Shown here in pieces: positions 12,211 to 25,000 of a DNA stretch of 64,000 bases. The stretch lies in assembly GCF_036321535.1 (NCBI RefSeq), contig NC_087438.1, forward strand, positions 13,642,001 to 13,706,000. The letters are read 5' to 3'. Below the pieces are notes generated by a model. The model saw nothing but the letters and a program-made list of their open reading frames with translations, was not told the DNA's origin and did no database searches. Every line of letters starts with the position of its first letter. The stretch's first letter is position 1. Origin of the DNA: Camelus dromedarius. Taxonomy: Eukaryota. The position numbers and the translations under genes are program-made.

Positions 12211-13425
12211 TTACTTTCTTGTAATAATAAGAGCTCAATAAGAATATTTGCTACTACTGCAGATAATAGATGCTTAGTGTTCCATAAAAAAAAAAAGAAA
12301 AGAAAGAAACAAACTACTGTGTAAATAGATAGATAGATATGATAGATTTTTATCACATATACAGGAAAAGAATGTATATGTATTTGGATATTTTTAGCAG
12401 TTTTTAAAAATTTCAATCATATTAAAAAACCCAGATTAAGAATATACAACAGCACATCAAAGGCTCAAGAGAATCAAAAAAGAAAAAAAAAAACAAAAAA
12501 CATGGCATTGAATCGTGATCTGAAGGAAGGGATGAGGAGTATATACCAGACCACTTCTTTTTAAATTGTCAAATGACAGGAAATTGAATATTCTTGGCAA
12601 TGCACTGGGAGACACATCGTTACCATTAAGGAGGAATCTAAAAATTAGAGATGAGCTGTCAAAGGCTGAATGAGATTCTGAAGGAACAATTTTTAAAATA
12701 ACACATTCTGATAGGAAGTAAGTAGCACAAAGAAAATGAGAGGGAGGAAGGGCAGCAGCCGAAAGCTTAGAAATAACTCCCAAATGATAGTGAATCTTCA
12801 ACTAGAGATATTCATGTGAGGCAATGTGCTTTCTCCACATTTTCAGGATTTTTCTAAAGCAATAGGCCACAAATTGAACATTAAATGTATAGTTATCCCT
12901 TTACTTAACAAGCCTTCAGGCTGCTTGAACATTTTACAGCCTAGGCTTGGGGAAGAAAGAAGAATGGGAAGGCTCATGTGATAACAGAAACATTTCTAGC
13001 AACCACGTGACTCGCTGGCTGCCATGCTGGAAGTTTGAGAGGTCCAGTTGGGAAATGTTTTCACTGCAAAACTGGATCTTCGATTTCTTTACCTGGGTCT
13101 TCTAAAAATATGGAATAAATACCAAAATGCACTCAATAGTGAAAACAGAAAAGCTGCAACATGTTAGAAATGCAACATTCTAGGACTCAGGATAAGATGC
13201 TTATTACTTTTTAATTTTCCAATTTGAAGATGAGGATGAATAGGATGAAATGCTCCTACCTCTCTTATGGAAACATGGAGTCTCTTAGTTTGTTCTCTGT
13301 TGTTCACTGACCTTTTCCCAGCTCCTGGAAAGGTGATGACATGTAACATAAATGTTGGCTTAATAACACTTCTTGAAAAAAGGATGAAAAAATTTAAAGT
13401 GTCAAAAGAAAAAAAGAATAAGAAC

Positions 13426-13466
<41 letters not shown>

Positions 13467-13520
13467 GAGAGAGGACGAAAGGAAGAAAAGAAGGGAGGGA
13501 GGGAGGGAAAGAGAAAGAAA
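13426..13520. repeat. Compound microsatellite (TA)n(TG)n(TA)n(GA)n followed by a polypurine (GGGA)n tract
   Basis: Read directly from the sequence. Confidence 0.92.
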
Positions 13521-13579
13521 ATAAACAGATTTCTTCTTTACCTCAGAGCACACGCACTTTTTCTGACTTTCATTGAGTT

Positions 13580-13800
13580 TGGATACTACGTCTAGAGTCA
13601 CAGCTTGTGAATCCAACCTGAGACGTAGGCAGCATATTTGTCATACACTCCTGGACAAATTATTTAACTTTGCTACACCCAATTTCCTCATCTCTAAAGC
13701 AGAAATAATATAAATACATAAATAATAATAGTTGTAGCATAGCAAAGCAATGTTTCTTGGTTTAACTGAGATAATACCAGCAAAGAGTGAGCATATAGTC
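13580..13800 (+). mobile_element. MIR SINE
   Basis: 'ctggacaaattatttaactttgctacacccaatttcctcatctctaaagcagaaataata'. Confidence 0.75.
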
Positions 13801-13976
13801 AAATTGTTGGAGGAAGTTTGTAATAAAAGCTCTAATTAAAATAAAATCATAGGACAAAATTAAAGTGAAAATCAAATGATTTTTAAAAAGAAATGGAATA
13901 CAGTGAGAATAATCCATCCAGAGACCCTAGCCTGAGAAGAGTAACTATAAATGAGCAGATATCTCATGCTAGGTTT

Positions 13977-14089
13977 GTTTATTTTTAATTTAACTGAAGT
14001 ATAGTTGATTTACAATGTTGTGTTAGTTTCTGGTATACAACATAGTGATTCAGTCATATATATGTTATTTTTCTTTATGGAGTATTACT
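13977..14089 (-). mobile_element. Severely 5'-truncated young L1 (3'UTR tip) with target-site duplication
   Basis: 'tgaagtatagttgatttacaatgttgtgttagtttctggtatacaacatagtgattcag' is a cetartiodactyl-type L1 3' end. It is flanked by the direct repeat tgctaggttt at 13967-13976 and 14090-14099. Confidence 0.85.
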
Positions 14090-14484
14090 TGCTAGGTTTC
14101 TTGACAGCTAAGGTAAGTACATAAACATGATGAGGACCCTATGAAAGGATGCTCACCAAACCATTAGGAAAAGACAGAGTTTTTCACAGAGCAAAATTTT
14201 TATGTAGGGACCTGAAACTAAATTGGTAGTGTCTTCAAAAGTACTATGTCAAGATGTATATAGTGCAAATAGTCACAAGGTTATTTCTCAACGTTAAGCA
14301 AAGACCATAATGCTAAAACTGGGTTCTCTGTACTGTTATTATAAGAAGTTAGAGTATTGTCATTGTGTAACATTCTAGTGAAAAATCTGTCAAATCTCAC
14401 ATCCCATGCCTGGGCTGGGGTGGAGAGATTTCAGTATTCTTCATGGAAAGGACTAAGACTCTCTGTTTTCTGTATCTACAACTT

Positions 14485-14742
14485 GCTGGATGGGAGGGCA
14501 GTGGGCGGATGAGTGAAATAAGTGAGGGAGATCAAGAGGAACCACCTTCCACTTACAAAATAAATGACTCATGTGTGAAATGTCCATGGTGGGGAATATA
14601 GTCAATAATAATGTAATATCTTATGTGATAACTAGATTTGTTGTGGTGATCTTTTTGTAATGTATAAAAAAAATCGAACCACTGTGTTGTACAACAGGAA
14701 CTAACTGTGTTGTAGGTCAATTATGCTCAAAAACAAACAAAA
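14485..14742 (+). mobile_element. L1 3'UTR fragment (laurasiatherian L1MA9-like)
   Basis: 'gtgagggagatcaagagg...cttccacttacaaaataaatgactcatg...ggggaatatagtcaataata...tgttgtaggtcaattatgctcaaaaacaaacaaaa'. Confidence 0.85.
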
Positions 14743-14800
14743 TATTGGCTATACTTCCTGTGTTATGCAGCATAGTCTTGTAGTTATTTTTTATTCAAAG
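14740..14800 (-). mobile_element. Short antisense L1 3'UTR fragment
   Basis: 'aatattggctatacttcctgtgttatgcagcatagtcttgtagttatt'. Confidence 0.55.
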
Positions 14801-15344
14801 TTTCAGTTCCTGGTTTGCTATTGTCACTCCAGTCAATTCCACTGAGCATGTAAAATACTATTTCTATAGTGTTTACATCTCTTAAAATACAAATATCCAG
14901 CTATCACCTTTAATTTAGGTCCTGAGGAAGTCATAATTAAAGGATTTATGGGATGTTAAAGTTTGTTCTGGTTTATCAAAAAAGTAAATGAGAATTATGC
15001 TGAGAAAGGCACAAGAAAATGATAACTTTCTAAGGTTTATGGAAATCATGTAGTACATGAAAGTTTTAAAAAGTTATTATTCAGAAATAAGATCTGATTG
15101 TTCTAGTCTCTAAATGAACATATTCATATATGGATGAATTTCAGAATATTCAAGTTTGAATGGTAAATAAATGTGCGACGGCATTAGAAGATGATTGTTA
15201 TTTTATGGTGACAACTGTAAGCTTTGTGAAATAGAGTCCATTCAGACAATATTGGTATAGTGACTTACGTGTTCTTTTTTCTTTTTTCCCCATCATTGGT
15301 TTCTGTAGAAATACAAATATATATGCTCCTTCTTGCTGACTTCT

Positions 15345-16115
15345 AAAGTAGCTCTTAGATGTTGGTCTTGGTAACAATTTTTTGGTCATGACACCAAAAC
15401 CACAGCAACAAAAGCAAAGTAAATAAGTGGGACTTCATCAACCTAAAGAGGTTCTTCATGGCACAAGGGCCAGCAAAATGAAAGGCAACCTACAGAATGG
15501 GAGAAAATATTTGCAAATCACAAAGTTGATAGGGATTTAAATTAAGAAGATTAAGGAACCCATACAACTCAATAGTAAAACAACAACAACAAAACAATCT
15601 GATTTAAAAATGGGCAGAGTAACTGAGTAGACATTTTTCCAATGAAGGCACCCAAATGGTCAATGCGTACATAAAAAACAAATGCTTAACGTTTCTAATT
15701 ATCAAATAAAAGCAACCAAAAACACAACGCAAGATCACATCACATCTGCTATAATGACTATTGCCAAAAAGATAAGAGATAACAAGTATTGGTGAGGATA
15801 TGGATAAAAGGAAATCCTTCTTCATTTTTGATGGTAATGTAAATTGACTCAGCTACTATGGAAAACAAATGGAGGTTCCTCAAAAAGTTAAAAACAGATA
15901 AATTAGGAGTTTGGGATTCACTTATACACACTACTATATATAAAATAAACAATAAGAACTTACTGTATAATACAAGGAACTATGTTCGATGTCTTGTAAT
16001 AGCCTATAATGGAAAAGGGTCTGAAAAAGAATGTATATATGTATAACTGAATCACTTTGCTGTACACCTAAAATTAACACAGCATCGTAAATTAATTATA
16101 CTTAAATTTAAAAAA
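15345..16115 (+). mobile_element. L1 ORF2 C-terminal fragment joined to the distal 3'UTR (internal deletion near 15898)
   Basis: ORF2 phrases 'aaaatgaaaaggcaacctacagaatgggagaaaatatttgcaaatca' and 'atggaaaacaaatggaggttcctcaaaaagttaaaaa' (MENKWRFLKKLK) jump directly to the 3'UTR 'taaattaggagtttgggatt'. Confidence 0.9.
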
Positions 16116-16119
16116 TGCT

Positions 16120-16445
16120 TAAGAAACAGACTCACAGACATAGTAAACAAACTTATGGTTACCAGAGGGGAAGAGGGGGTGGGAAGGGATAAACTGAGAA
16201 TTCGAGATCTGCAAATATTAATTATTAAATATGAAATGGATAAACAACAAGTTTCTTCTGTATAGCACAGGGAACTATATTCAATATCTCGTAGTAGCCT
16301 ATAACGAAAAAGAATATGAAAACAAATACATGTATGTATAAGTATGACTGAAACATTATGCTGTATACCAGAAATTGATACATTGTAAACTGACTATACT
16401 TCAATAAAAAAGAGCAAATTTGTAGTATAAATAAATAAATAAACA
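16120..16445 (+). mobile_element. Young (camelid-type) L1 3'UTR with A-rich tail
   Basis: 'agaaacagactcacagacatagtaaacaaacttatggttaccagagggg...ctgtatagcacagggaactatattcaatatc...gtaaactgactatacttcaataaaaaa'. Confidence 0.9.
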
Positions 16446-17929
16446 AACCATTATTTATCAGTTATGCTAATTAAAAAAAATTTTTTAAGGTTTAATAAAG
16501 AAGAAAGAAGTGCAAATAATCAGGTAGAGTCTGGTCTTCCATAGCCTGGGAGCAAAGTGGTACCTGAGGCAGCAAACAAGTTTCCCAAATCTTATTCCAA
16601 CAAGAAAGACCCACTACCAAAATTCAAGGACTAGGCTAGCTGCTCCTTCCATTATTGCATCCTTTCTAAGCATCAGTAGCTCATGATCTCTTTCCGTAGC
16701 AGTAATGATACCTGTCCTACCATTTTTTCCACCACTGGAATATGTATTTCTTCACACAATAACCCAGGATTACTTTATTTTCAAGGCAAAGGGATGTGTA
16801 TCTTGAAAAACTAACCAAATGGTAACAGGTAGTTCATACCTCCATCTGCACCTGTAATTGATGCAAGCAGAACTAAAGATCCTTGAGAATTTCTGAACTG
16901 AGACAAAAGCTGACGACAATCCCATCAAGGCTAAATATTGATTTGTACTCCATCTGCTCTGAAAGAATTCAAAGAAACTTCAAAAATCAGTACCACTTAG
17001 CATGATAAAGTCAAACAAGAATTATGTGCAGAAATTGGAGATAAGAATTAAGGTTGAAAAAAAATTAAGATGGAGCCAAGAAAGAGAAACATGTACAAAA
17101 TGAATGAATATGTGAAAAATGAAAAATATTCAGAGGAACATATGAACTGAGGTAAGGCTAGTTTTCACAAATTATCCCTGGAGTTTTGCATGTGTATGTG
17201 TGAAGACAGAAAATGTTCAATTATTATTAAAATCTGGGAAGTTACACTTTCTTATTCTTAATAAATGTGTCTACTCGTTTGAATATTTTTATACCCTTTT
17301 ATCTTTTGCATAATGAGGGTTCAGATATAATAAAGTCACTATTTAAAACTTGTTTCTAGTAATAATTCCTTCTTTAACAGATCAAGAAACATCAGAAGGT
17401 GTGTTTTTTTAAGATATAAAATGATTTATGACCTACATTGGCTCAAAAATCTAACGTGCATAACAAGGAAGTGAATTTTCTACCAATTTTATTTCCAACT
17501 CTTCTCTTTCATTTTCCTTATGAAATAGTTTGCCTCCACATTTCCTGTTTTTCCAGTAAGATATTTATCTCATTGAAAATGTTTAGTCTGAAATCAATGT
17601 TATTTTAATAATTATATAAAATAAACCACCTCCATATTTTTTAATCAAAAATAGCATTCAACATGAGGTAAGCATTTACTGCTTTAAAATAAATCATATG
17701 TAAAGTGAAATACATAAGAATTATAATAGAAATAAAACTTAACATGCTGCAATATAAATCTGCATTAATTTAGTTTCATTTCAAATAAAAAGAGACTACA
17801 CGCAATATATTCATTATATTGTTACCTACGAAAGCTTAATTTGGAAACATCTAAATATTCATTCAAATGAAATGTGGTATAGATTTAAGGTAGAATTTTA
17901 TGAAGTTATTTGGGAGACATTGTTAGGGT

Positions 17930-18075
17930 GATTATGAGTGAGAGTTCGGAGGAAAGTAACACGGACTCGGTACTCACTAGATATGTGACCTTGACAAGCT
18001 GAATATCCCTTTTATGCCTCAATCTTTTTGTCCTAAAATAAGGGAGGAGAGTCAGTACTCACCGACACAGACAGT
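17930..18075 (+). mobile_element. MIR SINE, followed by a short (TAG)n tract
   Basis: 'actcactagatatgtgaccttgacaagctgaatatcccttttatgcctcaatctttttgtcctaaaataaggg'. Confidence 0.7.
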
Positions 18076-20689
18076 AAAAGTAATAATAGTAGTAGTAGTA
18101 GTCCTTAAAAACGGTTGTCCCAGATTGCTTAAGACAAAAGAAAATGCTCACGAGGTAACATTAAATGAAAAGAACAGATGATGGAACAGACAGGAATGTT
18201 GTCAAATTTCAACAAGACTTACTTCTTTAAGTCAGAATATATTTCTTTGAATATGCGCCTATAAAACATAGTGTATTATTTATAAAATATAAATGTATAT
18301 ATATTTATAAACATAATAACGGAACCATCATTCAGAACACAGAAACCAACCCCAGTTGAAGGGTTGGCATGTGTATTATCTGACATGCAGACATCAGATA
18401 TTTTTAAGCGATCAGTTAAAGACAGGATCTGGTCACATGTCCAAACGGTATAGTCCAACAAAGTGTAGCTCATATTTTTTTCCTAAAGGATTTACTAGGA
18501 GAACATAGTCAAGTTTTTGCTCACTAACAGGTGGTTTTTGTAAATGGTATTTTAAGACCATTTATTACCTTCAATTGGGCATAAACAGTGGACCACAGAG
18601 CCATCCAAAAATCATAATTCTATTACATCTCTTGGGGCCAGTTCAATGGACAGATTACCCTACACTCTCCAGGATAAACGGCAAATAACAGGGAACCAGA
18701 ATTTTCGGAGAAAAAGTAAAATTTCACAGGTACTGTATAAATAGTTCACGATATCTACCTTTGTTAAAAATGTGTAATGGTTCTTCATGTAATTTGACTA
18801 ACAGTCACAGGTAAAAAAATAAAATATATTTTTTAGACCAAAATACATTAAATGCCTGGTAAGCCTCAAGGAAGCTTCAGGGAGATCTGACTGAGGTTCC
18901 ACTGGGAACCTCATGGTCTGTATATGCAGACAAAGAGAAATACACTCAGGAATGTGGCATTTTTGTGAGCGATTCAAGCTGGAAGACTTGGCTCCGTTCA
19001 AACCTTTCATAATTCCAGGCTTATCTTAATAAAGACTGTCAGATGGTTCTCTATTTCAGCTTAAGTATTGGCACCATGTGACAACAGTATAAAAACATTT
19101 TGCAATTTGTTGAGCCTGACAACCTCAAAGTTAATGAATTTTAGACAAAATTTTAGTCTGTAGGGATTCGCATTATTTGGAATTTTATGCCTAGAGATGT
19201 AATTGATATTTCATAATACACTAATGAAAATTGGCATAAGTCAAATTTCTCATAAAATGCAACTGGCACTGTGTATGTAATTTACCAAAAGGGAAAACAG
19301 TAAACATATCAACAATAATTTATATAGGATTAAACATGCTATATTTTTTATATAGTTTTGTTTCTTCTCGAAAGGGGTTGGTATTTTCAAATTAACTGTG
19401 CAAATTAAGACACTTTATTAAATGTTGGCGAAATAGAAAGGTAAGACTAATGGAATTTGAGAGTAGCCTAACTGGAATATTCATTATATTATAATCTGTG
19501 AAATATACACACACATGTACACACACAGAAGCCAACATGCAATGAAAGATACCACTTTTCAGTGATGACTTTTGGAAGTGTTCCTTACTATATCATTAAG
19601 AGATTGAGTACTTTACTGTTAAACATTATGATCACTAATACCTCTCGTCTGTCTTTGAAATGTTTTTTTTTCCCTTACGTCAGATTCCACTGCCCAGTTT
19701 CCCAAGTAAACGAGTTATACCTGTGAATAATACTTCTAGTGTGGATGTCAGTGATAATTATATGCTCCATCTTGAAAACTTTAAGACACTAGCTTCCATT
19801 ATTTCTTTTGCAGTGATGTCATCTTCCTTATAGAAGTGTACAAATTGTGCAAATTGTTTCTGTTTTTATATCGAAGCATAAAAATTATGTTTGTTCACAC
19901 GTAACCCCACACCCAGAGATACTCAATATAAGTTGTAAAATTTCTTAGAACCTTAGGCTTCAAAATGTTGATGATAGTCTATTGAACTCTTATTCATTAC
20001 GACATTCTGAAGAGAAAACCAAAATATATACTACTGGCCATTGGGGATTTTATAAGGAAGTTAGCATGATGGAAAAAAGGGATTTGGAAAAAAAAAAATC
20101 AATCGATTTTGCTCAATTTGCTGCTAGGAAAACTCTCCCTCTCATCCACTGGAGAGCCCCCTGGAGACCAAATCAAGAGAGCCCACATTTAACATTTTCT
20201 GCCAGTCTGATGTGATGTTGGACCCACTTGGAAACATCCAAGTGTATATTAGTTAAGACCAGTGTCAGTTTCTTTCCACCACATGTTTTTACCCATCTTC
20301 TTGTTTTTGAACAGCAGGAGAGTCTATGGCTATGAGGCCATTCTGATTCTCTGTTAGACACCTGCACTTATCAGTACCCTGGGGAAACTGTCTAGCACAA
20401 TGTAGTACAACATTGCAGTTAGTTTTAAAATTTCTTGAATTTAAACAGAGTAGAGGAGGGGTCCAGACACTCAGACAAATTCCTAGACCAAGACAAGATT
20501 CTCCCTTTGATTTCCTCTTATTTGCAAACCTACACGCCTGCACTTCTTTCTCATAATCCTATCCTGGATCCAACATCTATTCTGGATTAAATAACTTCTA
20601 TTTTCTTCTTCAGTAATCGGGAAAACCACCTTCACTACCCATCGTATAGCATTATAAAATATATAGCCTTTTCTTCTTTCACTCTTCTC

Positions 20690-21120
20690 AGAGGAAGCCC
20701 GATCTCATGTGATCTCGGAAGGGGAGTTTTGGGATGAGAGATACCTGGGTGTCCCTGGTATTGGAGGTTCCTCATCCCAAGCTCTAGCCTATAAAAAGTA
20801 TGGCTCACACCACCTACCATACAAACTGCAATATTTGGAAGCCTTGTCTCATCCCCACCCCTCCCCAGAATCACAGTGTGGTGGTGCCTCATGTAGACGC
20901 TGGACCTGGTGCAGAGGGACAGGCACTGGCCTAAAGGTTGTGCAGGAAAGAAACCACCTGAAGCCAGAAGGTGTGAGCAAACTGCATGCGTGAGCTTTAA
21001 AGCTACAGTTTTCCAGGAGCCCAAAGGGTCAGGGGGCCTGAACTGGGCTTCTGGCACTGAACCCTGGGTTCCCCATGTGATATCTGCTAAGGTCCAAGGC
21101 CATAGCAGCCTCAAGTGCTG
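20690..21120. mobile_element. GC-rich probable transposon relic (hAT-Tip100/MER115-like or LTR; family uncertain)
   Basis: Abrupt GC-rich block in AT-rich DNA with an internal inverted repeat. The family assignment rests on weak recall. Confidence 0.25.
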
Positions 21121-21184
21121 TTCTATTGCAATAGATAACAAATATAGCACGTACATTTTTCTTCATATACTTCAACCATAATAT

Positions 21185-21312
21185 TTTGCTAAAGATTGAA
21201 CGCAGAAGCAGGAATGACAATGCAGTAGTATTCTGTTAAACCAGGAATTAAAAAGAAATGCAAAAATGTAAAATAGTGACATTCTAATCACCATTTTTTT
21301 TCCAGTTTGTTC
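21185..21312 (+). mobile_element. hAT Charlie1-type fragment (transposase C-terminus)
   Basis: 'gcagaagcaggaatgacaatgcagtagtattctgttaaaccaggaattaaaaagaaatgcaaaaatgtaaaatagtgacattct' matches recalled Charlie1 sequence. Confidence 0.7.
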
Positions 21313-21324
21313 ATCTTGAGGATA

Positions 21325-21527
21325 TTATATAATGAGCTGTAACTATTGGCTACATAAAAGGGTGAGATTTCCTTTTGCCTTTGCAGTCTCTCAGTGGATT
21401 GACTGTGATGTGCATCGCATTCTAACTTAATGCTTATTTAATAATGAAATTATTTTCTTTCTCTTCTACCTTTGGAGAGGTTTCTGGGTTGGAAGAAAAT
21501 TTTTGTTTTAATTACGTTTCTCTAAGA
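21325..21527 (+). mobile_element. ERV1-class LTR 3' portion (MER34-like)
   Basis: 'ctacataaaagggtgagatttcc...ttaatgcttatttaataatgaaa...ggagaggtttctgggttggaagaaaatttttgttttaattacgtttc'. Confidence 0.6.
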
Positions 21528-23744
21528 AAAGAAAATCTTTAGAAGATCCAACTGCAGTCCTTTTTTGTTGTTTACTTTACATGAAATTAATGTTCCCAAA
21601 TTTTAGAAGGAAGTATGTCATAGTGGGGGAGGTGAGGACAGGTAGGATCAGCCTTTCAGTTTTATAATGCTAGAGCTTCTTCTGTTGGTTTCATCATACT
21701 CAGAAGTATAACTTAATGGAATGCGAGAGTATTTTCTCTCCCTTATTTTCATCTGAAAGTTCCATTTCTTTTGCCCTTAGGGCCCCTACTTATGTTGAAC
21801 TTTTTAATCTATCTTTTCACTTCAGTGTGGGGTTGTCTTAAAAAGTTTATTCGACTGTGAGATATACTAGATCCTCAAGTTTCCTTTGCACTCACCCTTG
21901 GATTTGAGGATGGAAAACTCATCTCCCTATCCGAGGCTCATCTTAAATCGGCCACGCCCAGTTTCCCATGAGTAGCTCTTAGCCTTCTGGGAGTTTTTCC
22001 ATTCACAAGTGGATGAGTGGCTCATTTGCTTAGGCCTATGCTTTTGCAGAAAGAATAGAAATAAACACAGTGGACGACCTTCTACTGTAAAAGTCTGCAT
22101 AAATGTTTTCTTTTTGCCTCCTCGCTACAACCTATAACTTCAGTTCAGTCCATGACCAGAAATGTATTTACAGGTACACACTCTACAGATAAAAGAAATT
22201 TATTCAACTTCACTGCACATTTAATATCTGCTATACCAGTATATATACTCTGAGAAAAATACTTGTAAGAATGTGGATTGAAAAAAATATAAATTTAATG
22301 AAATAAACCCCCAAAGCCATTCTCCCTACCCTCTATAAATGTTTTCCAACATTCATAGATATCTTATAACAATATTGATATAATTCTTTTTCTTATAGTG
22401 TAAAACCTGCTAAATTATTTTCCAGGAAGGAAGGAAGGGTAATTTGGGATCATGTAGTAGCAAATGAATGTCAATAAAATATCGCCTGTTTAAGATCAAA
22501 TGGGGAAACTGATTCACACGCTTACACACACATGCACCAAAGAATGTTTGAGAAGTTCTTATATAATCCAATATTGCACAAGACGACAACCAAAGCAGAT
22601 TTTATATGCTTTCAAGCATGTATCTTTACACCGTTCTTGTACACCATAAAATAGTTGGACTTAATGCCCTAAAGCTACAAATATGATTCTTAAAATATTT
22701 CTATATTTCTGTTACATTTTAGTTTGATTAATTATTTGAATAAAATAAACTGAAATATTTAAGTATGCATCTTTGACATAGGTAATATATTAATCATATA
22801 CAAAAATACTGATATCGGTCAATAGAGCGTACTCACATGCATGCACTCACATCGATTGGATTTGCCTCCTGTTCTACTCAGCAGCAACAAAAATTGAAAA
22901 GGGGGCCCTTAACAGTAGTGAACACTTTACAGAAACAAGCTCTTCAGAACAGCATAGGGAACTTTAATTTAAATCCACTACAAGGTAAGGAAACCACTTC
23001 ACAGTGGAGTATAATGGAAGATAAAGGGGCACCTCGGGGGCATTAAGCACAGGAAAAGACTTCTGGGTAAGAAGATAAAGCTACCCTTAAACACAAGAGG
23101 CACACTACATATATTTCCCCTCTGTGGAAACAATTCTAGGAATATTTTAGTTTCATTATTACACATTGAGCTGGGCTTCCTTCTCTTTCAATATTTTTTC
23201 CCCTCAATTTTATTCTTTCACTATATTTTTTGTTTTCACCAGACATACTTCTATGTTCTAGGAATATACCAGCATCTACCCGCAGGAGGTGTTTATTCTG
23301 TCAACCAATAACCAGGATTCGTGTGAATTCAGTAATTTAAGGCATAAAACTACAGTGACATAAGGTGGTTTGGTTTTAACAACATATATACTTTTTCTGG
23401 CATAAAAATTGGAAGTGAAATTATAAGTGTGTTATATAAGATTCCCATAATTTATTTTTCCATATGGAAAATGAGGTTTGCCCTTGCCCTACCAACTTAG
23501 CAGAGTTGCTTATCAGCTTTACTTCAGAAAAACATCATTATGTATAAATATACTTTGGGTAATTATAATATATATGTGATGAGTTGTAATTATAAATAGC
23601 CATACAGCATGACGTACCTTCTGAGCATTGTGCTAAGCGTCATCTGGAAATACAAAATAGAGATGAATATCTTCAATCTGGTCCAGAAAAATATAAGTTG
23701 AGAACTGTTACAAAACCATATAGAAAAAACAATAACTTAGATAT

Positions 23745-23891
23745 AAGTTTCTTTATGAGATCTTTAAACTACCTGCATGAGAATTACCTGTTGGATTCCT
23801 AGTTAAAATGTAGTTTCTTAGGTTCAAATCAAGAATTACTAGTCAATATTTCTAACAAGATTATTAATAGCCTTTAGTACTAAGAACCACT
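23745..23891. mobile_element. MER5-type hAT MITE
   Basis: 'acctgcatgagaattacctg...gttaaaatgtagtttcttagg...ttctaacaag...taagaaccact'. Confidence 0.55.
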
Positions 23892-24267
23892 TAGCTAAAT
23901 TCTGGGAGCTTCTTAACTGGACTAGGAGGTCCCACTGTGGAAAAGAGATCTATGAACCATCTGTGGGGACTCACTGGAACTCTCCCATGTTCACGTCCTG
24001 TACTCACACTGGCTCTCCGGGAGGTTCCTTCCCTTTCAATGACTGTCAAGGCCAAAGCTGGACCTGCTGCTCCATCCAGAGAGGAAAATCAAGACGTCAC
24101 TGGTCCTGGGGTGCCGGGGGTTGGCCATCTTAGTGGTTAATGTCACCACCCCCTTTTCTTTCTCGCTCTGAGCAGATACCTCTGCTCGAATCTTCAGCAG
24201 AGCTCTTCCCTGTGGATTCTGGATTAAACTTTCTCCCCTCTGGTCCTTTTGTCAATCTATTGACATT

Positions 24268-24622
24268 TTTAAAGGAAACTTCTTCTGCATAACCACAATA
24301 CAATTACCATTCTCAGGAATGTAATATTTATAGTATGATCTCATAACTACTAGAATACATATTAATATACTTTATGTGTAATGTAACATTTCTACAATAC
24401 CACGATCTAAGGTGCAGTCTGTCCTCAGATTCATCCAACTACCCCAATAATGAACTTTGTTGGCATGGCTTGTTTGATCCAGAATCCAAGCGAGGGTTAC
24501 ACATTATTTTCATCTGCTATGCCTCTTTGTTCTCCTTGAATAGAGATCATTTCCTCAGCCTTTTTTCTTTCAGGACATTGACAGTTTGGTACAGTCTAGG
24601 CTCGCTGTTTTGCCAAACAATG
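24268..24622 (-). mobile_element. L1MC4/5-like 3' end
   Basis: 'cttctgcataaccacaatacaattacca', 'ttgatccagaatccaag...acacattattttc...gcctctttgttctccttgaatagaga' and 'ttcaggacattgacagttt'. Confidence 0.75.
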
Positions 24623-24719
24623 TGATGACTGAAGTGTTTATTTACAGAACAGCTTGTCAGACTGGTGTAATTCCTGTCAGCCATGCCCTGAAGGGCGTTC
24701 GGGTGGAGCAGCTGATCAA

Positions 24720-25000
24720 GAGTCCTTTACAGTTAGGTTTAAGCAGGACTGTGAGCTTATCAACTGCATATTATTGGGGAGAAAAGGAAAGAGGAAGTTG
24801 GGGTTAATTGTTGGGCTCCAGAAGAGTCAGCCATAGAACGTAAGCTGGTGAGGAGGGAAATGAGAACACCCCAGGGGATTTGCAGAAGAAAGGGAGAAGG
24901 ATTTATCCACTGGTGATGCTCTTCCATTGGTAAAAGCCATAGCCTTTTGCTTTCAACTCCTCCACCCTCCCAGGTAGCGTATGAGTGGCTACCACTGGGA
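24720..25000 (-). mobile_element. Probable LTR16-type ERVL LTR remnant (candidate 3' LTR)
   Basis: 'aagggagaaggatttatccactggtgatgctcttccattggt' resembles LTR16 and parallels 25840-25880. Confidence 0.4.

Noticed and set aside
13164..13616. 150 aa minus-strand ORF
   Set aside because: It runs through microsatellite and polypurine tracts (THTHTH, SLSLPPS) and has no recognisable domain.
19375..19446. Apparent exon with a strong AAG|GTAAGA donor
   Set aside because: Stop codons occur in all three frames and the sequence resembles an antisense LTR end. A non-coding exon cannot be excluded without RNA data.
20225..20244. Perfect 8 bp stem hairpin (cacttgga-aaca-tccaagtg)
   Set aside because: About one such stem per loop length is expected by chance in 64 kb.
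20635..21156. 173 aa ORF, the longest in the track
   Set aside because: It lies in a GC-rich probable repeat where stops are rare, has overlapping ORFs on both strands and no recognisable homology.
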